This document shows, in pieces, positions 18,100-26,276 of a DNA stretch of 64,000 bases. The stretch is from the NCBI GenBank assembly GCA_964650185.1, contig CAZYRN010000005.1, positions 18,640-82,639 of the forward strand. The letters are read 5' to 3'. Position 1 is the stretch's first letter; each line of letters starts with the position of its first letter. Both the position numbers and the translations under genes were made by a program. The notes under the pieces are model-generated. The model was not told the origin of the DNA. It saw only the letters and a program-made list of their open reading frames with translations, and made no database searches. Origin of the DNA: an uncultured Pseudomonadales bacterium. Lineage in GTDB: Bacteria > Patescibacteriota > Microgenomatia > UBA1400 > PJMF01.

Positions 18100-18733
18100 A
18101 ACAATTGGAGAGATTCTCCGCGAAGAACGAGAAAAACATGGGCTAACCATTGACAAGATGGCGCATCAAACCAGGATTCGCGCCAGTTATTTGCGCGCCT
18201 TGGAAAATAATCAATTTCATGAGATGCCGGCGGCAACTTTTGTCAAAGGCTACATTAAGACTTATGCCCAACTCTTTGGTTTTGATCACCAGCCTCTAAT
18301 AGCTTTATTAAGAAGAGATTTTAAAGAGAGTGCCAAAGGCAGGTTGGTGCCAAGGGAGTTCATTAAGCCAGTTCTGAAAAAAAGACAGGTATGGAAGCCA
18401 GTGACGATGTTAGTGATCAGTTTGGCGGTCGTCTTTTTAGGACTAGCTGGTTATGTAGGTGCCCAATGGTACAGTCTTAATAAACCGCCGGAAATTCAGC
18501 TGGTTGCTCCTCAAGAAGATGAGGTAGTGGCAGCCAGAGTTAACGTTCGAGGTCAAACTAAGCCTGATGCGATTGTGACAGTTAACGACCAACCTGTTTC
18601 ACTCCAGCCGGACGGCAGTTTCCAAGCTGAAATTTTTTTGAATCGGGAGGGCACGAGCACCATTACTGTTGAGGCTCAAGATCGTCGGGGTAAAAGCAGT
18701 CTGTTGCAGCGCACGGTCCGAGTGCAGTTCTAA
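18089..18733 (+). CDS. RodZ-like HTH (XRE) membrane protein
   Basis: N-terminal HTH IGEILREEREKHGLTIDKMAHQTRIRASYLRALE, single TM, C-terminal domain. Confidence 0.5.
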   Translation: MKTKTIGEILREEREKHGLTIDKMAHQTRIRASYLRALENNQFHEMPAATFVKGYIKTYAQLFGFDHQPLIALLRRDFKESAKGRLVPREFIKPVLKKRQVWKPVTMLVISLAVVFLGLAGYVGAQWYSLNKPPEIQLVAPQEDEVVAARVNVRGQTKPDAIVTVNDQPVSLQPDGSFQAEIFLNREGTSTITVEAQDRRGKSSLLQRTVRVQF

Positions 18734-18779
18734 AGTCAGTCTGATATAGTGATCATAAACAACTAAGAAAGGAAGTAAT

Positions 18780-19064
18780 ATGGATTTAGTGCCAACTATT
18801 TTTGCAGTCGCCTTAGTAGTGTTAACAATTGTGCTGTCGGTCGTGGGTATTCAGATGATGCTGGTTTTGTTAGAACTGAAAAAAACCATGAAAAAAGTCA
18901 ATGAAGCCATAGACTCTGCAGATGCTAAAATTACCGCTATTGTTTCTCCACTCCAAAAAGTTGCTGGTATGGCGGCTGGTTTGGGAACAGGGATGAAAGT
19001 TTTTGAAGCCTTTGTCGGCTGGTTACAACGGGACAAGAAACATCAAGAAGCAGCTGAAAAATAA
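18780..19064 (+). CDS. Small membrane protein (DUF948-like)
   Basis: N-terminal TM plus coiled-coil ORF. Confidence 0.3.
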   Translation: MDLVPTIFAVALVVLTIVLSVVGIQMMLVLLELKKTMKKVNEAIDSADAKITAIVSPLQKVAGMAAGLGTGMKVFEAFVGWLQRDKKHQEAAEK

Positions 19065-19084
19065 AGTAGGTCTTAATTAAGATC

Positions 19085-19420
19085 ATGGAAAACAAAGATA
19101 GTCAGGTATTTGCGACTGGATTTGGTCTGGGAATGTTAACTGGAGTGGTTGGCTATTTTTTATTTGGAACCAAACGTGGTCAGCAGCTAAGAAAATCTCT
19201 ATCCCAGGAATGGCAGCATGCTCAATCTCATCTTCAAGAACAAGGTGTATTGTCGAAATCTGCTGAGGAAAAAGAGCAAAGTTTAAGTGAATTTCTCAAT
19301 CAACTCAAAAACCAAATTTTGACTGAACTGGATTTAGATCTTGATGATCAGCCAGTCAAGCCAGCTAAAAAGCGGACTTATCAAAAAAAGAAAAACCCTC
19401 GCCAGTTCACTGGCACCTGA
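19085..19420 (+). CDS. YtxH-like small membrane/stress protein
   Basis: GFGLGMLTGVVGYFLFGTKRGQQLRKSL resembles the YtxH motif. Confidence 0.35.
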   Translation: MENKDSQVFATGFGLGMLTGVVGYFLFGTKRGQQLRKSLSQEWQHAQSHLQEQGVLSKSAEEKEQSLSEFLNQLKNQILTELDLDLDDQPVKPAKKRTYQKKKNPRQFTGT

Positions 19421-19424
19421 TTTT

Positions 19425-19433
19425 TGCTATAAT
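19425..19433 (+). promoter_or_regulatory. Extended -10 (TGcTATAAT) 6 nt upstream of the alaS ATG; suggests a leaderless or near-leaderless alaS mRNA
   Basis: tgctataat-cccctc-ATG read directly. Confidence 0.35.
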
Positions 19434-19439
19434 CCCCTC

Positions 19440-21341
19440 ATGACCCCAGATCAAAATCGACGCTTAAATCCAGACCAACTCCGTCAAGTGTATCTTAATT
19501 TTTTTGCTGATCGCGATCATCAGATTTTACCCTCAGCTTCGTTAGTTCCGGAAAATGATCCAACGACTTTATTTACAGGTTCGGGCATGCAGCCGCTCTT
19601 GCCTTACTTTTTGGGTGAGCCACATCCTTTAGGCACAAGGGTAACCAACTCGCAAAAATGTTTTCGTTCACAGGATATTGATGAGGTAGGTGACAATCGC
19701 CACACTACTTTTTTTGAGATGCTGGGAAATTGGTCATTTGGTGATTACTTTAAGCCAGAACAGCTCCGCTGGGTGTTTACTTTTTTTACTGAGGAGTGCG
19801 GTTTAGAACCAACTCGCCTCTATGTGTCAATCTACCGCGGTCATGAACAGCTGCAGATTCCTTTAGATACTGAGTCAGTTGAAATTTGGCAACAGCTTTT
19901 TGCTGAAAAGAACATCGAGGCTAAATTGGTGACGGATGGAGCTGTTAATGGTCTGCAAGGTGGCCGGATTTTTGCCTATGGTGATGAAAACTGGTGGTCG
20001 AGAGTGGGGGCACCCGATCAAATGCCAGTGGGAGAGCCAGGTGGCCCAGACAGTGAGGTCTTTTATGATTTTGGTTCTGAATTAAAATTTCACGAAAATT
20101 CTTCTTTTGCCGCTCAGCCCTGTCATCCCAACTGTGACTGCGGTCGCTTTATGGAGATTGGCAACAGTGTTTTTATGACATACCTCAAGACAGAGACTGG
20201 TTTTACCGAACTAACTCATAAAAATATAGATTTTGGAGGCGGCTTTGAGAGAATTTTGGCGGCGATGAACCAGGATCCGGATGTATTTACCACGGAGCTG
20301 TTTCAGCCCATGCTGACGTATTTAACTAATTTATCTGGTAAAGAGTACCAGCAATCTCCTCAGGTTACCCATGCTTTTCGGGTGATTGCCGATCACATGA
20401 AAGCAGCGGTGCACTTAGCAGCCGATGGTGTTTTTCCTGCCAATAAAGAGCAAGGCTATTTTTCACGCCGGCTGATTCGACGGGCGATTCGTTATGCTGA
20501 TTTAGTTGGAATTGAGGGAGAGTTTGTCACTGGCTTAGTAGCGGTAGTGGCCGATCTTTATCAGTCAGCTTATCCTGAGATTAAGGAGCAATTAACACAA
20601 ATTCAAGAGAAATTTGCTCAAGAGGAACAGAAATTTAGACAGAGTTTGCGTAAAGGACTGCGGGAGTTTGATAAGTTAATTGAACAAAGCTTAACGGCTG
20701 AACAAGCCTTTAAACTTTACGAAACTTATGGTTTTCCCTTAGAAATGTCGATAGAAGAAGCAACTCAGCGGGATATTAAGATGGAAACATCTTTAGCAGC
20801 AAAATTTGAACAGCTAAAGCATCAGCATGCAGCTCAGTCTCGCCAAGCAACTCAAGGTAAGTTTAAGGGTGGTTTGGCTGACAACTCTGAGGCAGTTGTC
20901 CAGTATCACACTGCTACTCACTTAATTCACGCAGCACTAAGAGCTGTTTTGGGGGAACATGTCGCTCAAAAAGGTTCCAACATCACCGCCGACAGACTTC
21001 GGTTTGATTTTTCTCATCCTGAAGAGGTTAGTGCTGAGCAGTTAGCTCGGGTAGAAAAACAGGTGAACGAGTGGATTGAAGCTGATCTGCCAGTGACCAG
21101 AGAGACGATGTCTAAGACTGCTGCTCTTGAGGCAGGTGCAGTTGCATTTTTCCTTGATCGGTATCCTGAGGAAGTGTCTATTTACACCATTGGCCAAGAT
21201 TCTACCGCTGACTGGATTTCCAAGGAATTTTGTGGTGGACCACACGTAACTCGAACCAGTAAAATTGAGCCAATTGAGATTTATCAAGAACAATCCTCTG
21301 GGGCTGGGGTGAGGCGGATCTACGCCCGCATGGCGAAATAA
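19440..21341 (+). CDS. alaS: Alanyl-tRNA synthetase, short form (catalytic, tRNA-binding and editing domains; no C-Ala domain)
   Basis: ASLVPENDPTTLFTGSGMQP, FEMLGNWSFGDYFK and the editing-domain HTATHLIHAAL...CGGPHV motifs. Start taken at ATG 19440 (the track ORF starts at 19341, overlapping the upstream gene). Confidence 0.85.
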   Translation: MTPDQNRRLNPDQLRQVYLNFFADRDHQILPSASLVPENDPTTLFTGSGMQPLLPYFLGEPHPLGTRVTNSQKCFRSQDIDEVGDNRHTTFFEMLGNWSFGDYFKPEQLRWVFTFFTEECGLEPTRLYVSIYRGHEQLQIPLDTESVEIWQQLFAEKNIEAKLVTDGAVNGLQGGRIFAYGDENWWSRVGAPDQMPVGEPGGPDSEVFYDFGSELKFHENSSFAAQPCHPNCDCGRFMEIGNSVFMTYLKTETGFTELTHKNIDFGGGFERILAAMNQDPDVFTTELFQPMLTYLTNLSGKEYQQSPQVTHAFRVIADHMKAAVHLAADGVFPANKEQGYFSRRLIRRAIRYADLVGIEGEFVTGLVAVVADLYQSAYPEIKEQLTQIQEKFAQEEQKFRQSLRKGLREFDKLIEQSLTAEQAFKLYETYGFPLEMSIEEATQRDIKMETSLAAKFEQLKHQHAAQSRQATQGKFKGGLADNSEAVVQYHTATHLIHAALRAVLGEHVAQKGSNITADRLRFDFSHPEEVSAEQLARVEKQVNEWIEADLPVTRETMSKTAALEAGAVAFFLDRYPEEVSIYTIGQDSTADWISKEFCGGPHVTRTSKIEPIEIYQEQSSGAGVRRIYARMAK

Positions 21342-21381
21342 TACTTTCCCCATCTCACTAGAGGTGTAGTATAGTAAGCAT

Positions 21382-23658
21382 ATGGTCCTGCCACAGATAT
21401 TTAATTCAAAAAAAGCTCAACCAGAGCTATTTATTACTATTTTAATCTCCGATACCAAGATTCAGTCTGCTTTGTGGCAGCAGTTTCAAGACGAGATTAA
21501 GATTATTATCGTCTCGGCAATTTATAGCTATGACGACGTGGAGCAAGCCCTGAGTCAAACTGATCTATCTTTACAGCAGTTGGGCAAGATGTCAGAAAAT
21601 GTCAACAGAGTTATTTTTGGTTTGGAGCCAGGCTGGGTGAGTGAAAAAGGGGTAGTCGATGCCAAAAAACCGCTGTTAAAAAAGATTACAGAAGATTTAG
21701 AACTGCAAGCTGAAGGATTTGTGGTGACTACTGAGTCGTTGACTCAATATTTAGTGGTTGATAATCCGCGGCTGTCAGCTCTGTTGCTACAGTTTACCAA
21801 GCAGACCATTTCAATTAGTTTGATTAATCAAGGACAACTGCTTCAACAAACTCAGGTGGGGCGATCTGGTGACACTTTGGCCGATATGAAAGAGGCCTTA
21901 GCTAGACTGAGCTCTCATATGGGAACAGATTTGAAACTTCCCAATAAAATTTTGGCAGCTTCATTTGATCTAGAACGGGATGAGCTCCTGGAGCAACAGC
22001 AGCTGTTGCTGGAGTATGACTGGATGAAAGAGTATCCATTTATTCAGCCTCCGACCATCGATTTAATTGATAAAAGTGACATTATGTTGGCGGTGTTAAA
22101 TCAAAAAAACAGTGCAGAAGGAACTCCAGCTCAATTTGCAGCCGGTATCGCTGCCAGCCAGGGGGAGGCAGCAGCAGTGCCAGCTGAGTCAGCTGCAGCT
22201 ACCCCAACTCCTATTCCCGTAGCGGAAACATCAGCCCAACCAGTGGCTGTTAACCCTGATGATAACGTGGTAGAAACTGATTTTCCGACTAATTCCGTTC
22301 CAAATTCCGCCCAGCCAGAGTTGGCTATTGATGAAAGTCAGCTGCCGCGAGCCGCTGCCCAGATTAATAGCGGAGCTCAAAAAACTTCAGCTTCAAGTTT
22401 TGGCATTCCACTACAAATGAATCAACCACCTCAAGTAGATGGCAATGAAGATGATGAGAGCGATGAGCTGGTTACTGGGTTCAAAGGTCAATTTTTACAG
22501 TTATTAACCAAACACAAGCCTTTTGTGATTGGCGGGTTTTTGGCAGGTGTGATTGCCCTTTTCATAGCTAGTTACTTTTGGTTAGCCCAAGCCACTCAAG
22601 CTGTCGTGAAATTAGAATTAAATTCATCTTATTTGGCAAAAGAGGTAGATATTACGATTGCTTCTGACATCGCTAAGTCAAATCCAGAGGAACTGCTCTT
22701 AGCAGCCGAAGTATTTACGCACGAGGTGTCCGGCAGCAAAACCTCGGAAACCAGTGGGGTCAAGTTGGTTGGCGATCAGGCAAAAGGAAAAGTAAAACTG
22801 TTTAATAAAACTGAGGCTGAGAAGAGCTTTGAAGCTGGCACTGAGTTGAAAAAAGGAGATCTGGTTTTTACTTTAGATGAAACAGTTCAGGTAGCTTCAG
22901 CGAGTGTTAAAAAATCAACCAGTAGTGAAAGTAAGGAATATGGCAGTGCCGAAGCCTCAGTGACAGCGGTAGAGATTGGTACTGATTCTAACTTAGGCAA
23001 AGACACTGAATTGCAGATTGAAAGTTTTGATGAGGACACCTACTCTGCCACTGTTATTGATGGATTAAGTGGCGGTTCAAGTCGTGAAGTAAGGGTAGTA
23101 TCAGAAGAGGATCGCCAGCAGCTGCTTCAAGAGCTGCGGCAGGAGTTAATTACTCAGGCCAATGAGGAGATGAATAAGTTGGTGGGTGAAGGTAATTCTT
23201 TAGCTCCTACCAATAACGCTGAGGTGATGGAAGCAGTGTATGACGCTGAAATTGGTAAAGAAGTCGGCTCCTTAACGCTTAATTTAACAATGTCTGTAAA
23301 AGGATTGCGCTATCAAAATGATGATATTATGCCTATCGCCGTGGTAGTGCTAACAGATAGTTTGCCGCCTGGTTATACGTTGGCTAATAGTGAGCCAAGC
23401 TTCACAACTGATACCAAGGAGTCAGCCAGCAGCTCAGCTTCAGTCAAGCTTGCTGCGAATTTTACTGCTCAAGCTCAGCCAGAACTAAATTTAGATGAGC
23501 TGCGCCAAAATTTAGCGGGCAAAACTAAAGAAGAGGCAGTAAAAATGCTGGCAGAAAATGAATTTGTCAAAGACGCTCAGATCAGTTTTTCGCCTGCATT
23601 TGCAGCTAAACTTACTTCTCGTTTACCTAAAGATCCTGCTAAGATAAAGATAGAGTGA
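21382..23658 (+). CDS. Large bitopic membrane protein: ~370-aa cytoplasmic domain, one TM, ~370-aa extracytoplasmic S/T/E/K-rich domain
   Basis: ORF topology only. The N-domain may be actin-like (PilM/FtsA-like) but lacks clear motifs. Confidence 0.4.
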   Translation: MVLPQIFNSKKAQPELFITILISDTKIQSALWQQFQDEIKIIIVSAIYSYDDVEQALSQTDLSLQQLGKMSENVNRVIFGLEPGWVSEKGVVDAKKPLLKKITEDLELQAEGFVVTTESLTQYLVVDNPRLSALLLQFTKQTISISLINQGQLLQQTQVGRSGDTLADMKEALARLSSHMGTDLKLPNKILAASFDLERDELLEQQQLLLEYDWMKEYPFIQPPTIDLIDKSDIMLAVLNQKNSAEGTPAQFAAGIAASQGEAAAVPAESAAATPTPIPVAETSAQPVAVNPDDNVVETDFPTNSVPNSAQPELAIDESQLPRAAAQINSGAQKTSASSFGIPLQMNQPPQVDGNEDDESDELVTGFKGQFLQLLTKHKPFVIGGFLAGVIALFIASYFWLAQATQAVVKLELNSSYLAKEVDITIASDIAKSNPEELLLAAEVFTHEVSGSKTSETSGVKLVGDQAKGKVKLFNKTEAEKSFEAGTELKKGDLVFTLDETVQVASASVKKSTSSESKEYGSAEASVTAVEIGTDSNLGKDTELQIESFDEDTYSATVIDGLSGGSSREVRVVSEEDRQQLLQELRQELITQANEEMNKLVGEGNSLAPTNNAEVMEAVYDAEIGKEVGSLTLNLTMSVKGLRYQNDDIMPIAVVVLTDSLPPGYTLANSEPSFTTDTKESASSSASVKLAANFTAQAQPELNLDELRQNLAGKTKEEAVKMLAENEFVKDAQISFSPAFAAKLTSRLPKDPAKIKIE

Positions 23659-24602
23659 CAAAAAATCAGCAGATTCACCCGGACCAACTTGTTGAATTAT
23701 ATCGGCGTGCTCTTGAGCAAGGCATTCCTTTGGATAAGTTAGAAGAAAAAATTGCTCGAAAATTGGATCGAGTGGCCGTTAGCACTAAGATTGAGAAAAA
23801 AGAAGAGCAGGAACGAGTGAAGGAAGTTCGGCAGCGGTTGCCGAAAGCAGTGCGCTATGGAGCATTAACTGTGCCGGTTTTGTTTATTCTAGTTGGATTA
23901 TTTTTATTAGGTAATGCCTTGTTGCCTATTGCCCAGTATTACACCACCACTTTACCTAGCATGTCGAAACCAAAGATGCTGTCGCCAATTCCTTATGAGG
24001 AAATTTTGGATGTGACGCCTTACGTGATTGCTCAGACAGATACCAGCGAGATGAATGTTTTAGGAAATAAAAGCTCCACTGGACCGATTATTTTAGACAC
24101 CGAATTAGATTTTACCGACTTGGCAAACTGGTTTGAAGATGAACAGGCGGCCCTGTTAGCTTCAGCAACTGAAGCTGATAGTTATATTTTAGAGATTCCC
24201 AAATTAGAGATTGAGGAGGCAGAAGTGAAGATTGGTGGGACTGATTTAGATCAGAGCTTAATTGCCTATCCAGGTACAGCTGAGCCAGGGAGTCCTGGTG
24301 CGCCAGTGATTTTTGGTCATTCGGTATTGAGACAGTTTTATAATCCTTCTCCCAAAAATCCCCGCCGTTACAACTCCATCTTTAGTTACATCATGACTCT
24401 GGAACGGGGTGATGAAATTTTGGTAACCCATCAAGGTGCTACTTTTAAGTATGTGGTTAAAGATAAATCAGAAGTGAAACCTGAAGATACATATATTTTA
24501 GCTCAGCAGTATGACCATAAATTATTAAAACTTGTTACTTGTGTTCCAGAAGGGACTTATTTAAGAAGAGGAGTTGTTACGGCTGAGCTGGTAGCAAACT
24601 AA
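23655..24602 (+). CDS. Sortase-family transpeptidase with N-terminal cytoplasmic tail and TM
   Basis: Catalytic His (IFGHS), Cys (LVTCVP) and Arg (LRRGVV) in sortase order and spacing. 4-nt overlap with the upstream gene. Confidence 0.65.
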   Translation: MTKNQQIHPDQLVELYRRALEQGIPLDKLEEKIARKLDRVAVSTKIEKKEEQERVKEVRQRLPKAVRYGALTVPVLFILVGLFLLGNALLPIAQYYTTTLPSMSKPKMLSPIPYEEILDVTPYVIAQTDTSEMNVLGNKSSTGPIILDTELDFTDLANWFEDEQAALLASATEADSYILEIPKLEIEEAEVKIGGTDLDQSLIAYPGTAEPGSPGAPVIFGHSVLRQFYNPSPKNPRRYNSIFSYIMTLERGDEILVTHQGATFKYVVKDKSEVKPEDTYILAQQYDHKLLKLVTCVPEGTYLRRGVVTAELVAN

Positions 24603-24618
24603 CAGTTGAGCGGAGTAC

Positions 24619-25035
24619 TTGCTAACTATGAAAAAAATACTAGCCATTGATTTTGGTACGGTGAGGGTGGGTTTAGCGATCAATCAAGAACTATGGGCTG
24701 AGCCATATCAGATCATTGCCAACGATGAGCAGTTGTTTGATAAGTTAAAGGAAATTATTGCTGAGGAGCAGATTGAGCTAATTTTAGTCGGCTTGTCTGA
24801 AAACGTCATGGCTGAACAGACTAAAAAGTTTGCAGCCCAACTAGAATCGGAAGTTGATCTGCCACTCAAGTTTACCGATGAAACACTTAGTTCGGCTCAG
24901 GTTCATCACAAGCTAATCAACTCGCCGATGAAAAAATCCCGTAGGCAGCAGCCAATTGATCACTATGCCGCCGCTGAATTTCTGCAGGAGTGGTTGGAGA
25001 TCAATCAAGATCAGTTAGAAATCGATCTGGACTAG
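24619..25035 (+). CDS. ruvX: Holliday-junction resolvase-like YqgF/RuvX (pre-16S rRNA nuclease)
   Basis: KILAIDFGTVRVGLAI N-terminal motif. The likely start is the MKK at 24628. Confidence 0.75.
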   Translation: MLTMKKILAIDFGTVRVGLAINQELWAEPYQIIANDEQLFDKLKEIIAEEQIELILVGLSENVMAEQTKKFAAQLESEVDLPLKFTDETLSSAQVHHKLINSPMKKSRRQQPIDHYAAAEFLQEWLEINQDQLEIDLD

Positions 25036-25069
25036 TTGGCAATTAATCTGGAGCTGGTATACTTTTCCC

Positions 25070-26050
25070 ATGATATTGAAAAAAAGAATTATCTTCATTA
25101 TTTTTGGCCTAGGACTGCTGGCTTTAGCTGCGGGATTTATTCTCTTAAGTCAATTAAAGCGGCCAGTCACATCGCAAAATGCTGATCCAGTGAGATTTAC
25201 TGTCCCTCGAGGTCAGGCTACCAGTGTCATTGCTGATCGGCTTCACGAGGCTGGATTAATCAGACACCCATTAGTTTTTCAAATTGTTATCAAACAAAAA
25301 GGTTTTAGTGGCAAACTTCAGGCAGGTTCTTTTGAGATCTCGCCTGATATGACTCCCGTAGAAATTGCTGAGCTGATGACTCAAGGCACAGAAGATATTT
25401 GGGTGACCATTCCGGAGGGTTGGCGCCGAGAGCAGATTGCCAGCAGCTTGGCAGAACATGAACTGCCGGCATTTGACGAAGCGGAATTTTTAAGTTTAAC
25501 CGTCCAATCTGAGGGCAAATTATTTCCTGATACTTATCTTTTTGCTCGAGAGTCAACTGCTGCCACTATTCAAGCGATATTATTAAATACATTCGAGAGT
25601 AAAGTTACTCAAGGTTTAGCAAAAGAAATTGCTGCTGCTGATCAAGACATTGATCAGATCCTAGTGATGGCCTCTATAGTGGAGCGTGAAGCCAGGGGAT
25701 ATGAAGAGATGAGACATGTGGCTGCCATTTTATGGAATCGAGTTGAGCTGGGGATGCCGCTCCAGGCTGATGCCACTTTACAGTATATTAATGGTTATGA
25801 TGAGGAAACTGACAATTGGTGGCCTCAGCCATTAGCTGCAGATAAATCACTTAACTCGCCTTACAACACTTATCTTAATCCTGGACTACCACCTCGACCG
25901 ATCTCAAATCCGGGTTACGACGCGATCAAAGCGACGCTTAATCCTATCTCCACTTCAGATCTTTACTATTTACACGACCGGTCAGGTGCGATACACTACG
26001 GTCGAACGTTAGAAGAGCACAACGCAAATGTACAAAGGTACTTGCGGTAG
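25070..26050 (+). CDS. mltG: Endolytic murein transglycosylase MltG (YceG family)
   Basis: N-terminal TM. YceG-type C-terminal motifs (LYYLHD...G.IHYGRTLEEH). Confidence 0.75.
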   Translation: MILKKRIIFIIFGLGLLALAAGFILLSQLKRPVTSQNADPVRFTVPRGQATSVIADRLHEAGLIRHPLVFQIVIKQKGFSGKLQAGSFEISPDMTPVEIAELMTQGTEDIWVTIPEGWRREQIASSLAEHELPAFDEAEFLSLTVQSEGKLFPDTYLFARESTAATIQAILLNTFESKVTQGLAKEIAAADQDIDQILVMASIVEREARGYEEMRHVAAILWNRVELGMPLQADATLQYINGYDEETDNWWPQPLAADKSLNSPYNTYLNPGLPPRPISNPGYDAIKATLNPISTSDLYYLHDRSGAIHYGRTLEEHNANVQRYLR

Positions 26051-26061
26051 GTTTTGTTTAC

Positions 26062-26070
26062 TGTTATAAT
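26062..26070 (+). promoter_or_regulatory. Extended -10 element (TGtTATAAT) just after the mltG stop; candidate rpoBC promoter with a ~205-nt leader
   Basis: Read directly. The leader contains a 9-bp imperfect inverted repeat (ttgttgtgg...ccacaacag) at ~26187-26235. Confidence 0.35.
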
Positions 26071-26276
26071 CCTCTCGTTTCGCCAGACTAAGTAACGATC
26101 ATTTCAGGAATCTTTTGATTACAATCAAGAAGAAGAACGCAAGCTCATCATAATTAATAGAGAGCACTTTCGAGGTGGTCTCTTTTTGTTGTGGTCCAGT
26201 GATGAGGAAGATATTAGCCAAAACCACAACAGTTAAGTAGAGAAAATTGTTAATAACTAAGTAGTAAGGAGTCGAC

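Noticed and set aside
23600-23658. C-terminus of the 758-aa protein (RLPKDPAKIKIE) as a sortase sorting signal
   Set aside because: LPKD is not followed by a hydrophobic segment and basic tail. It does not fit LPXTG/LAXTG architecture.
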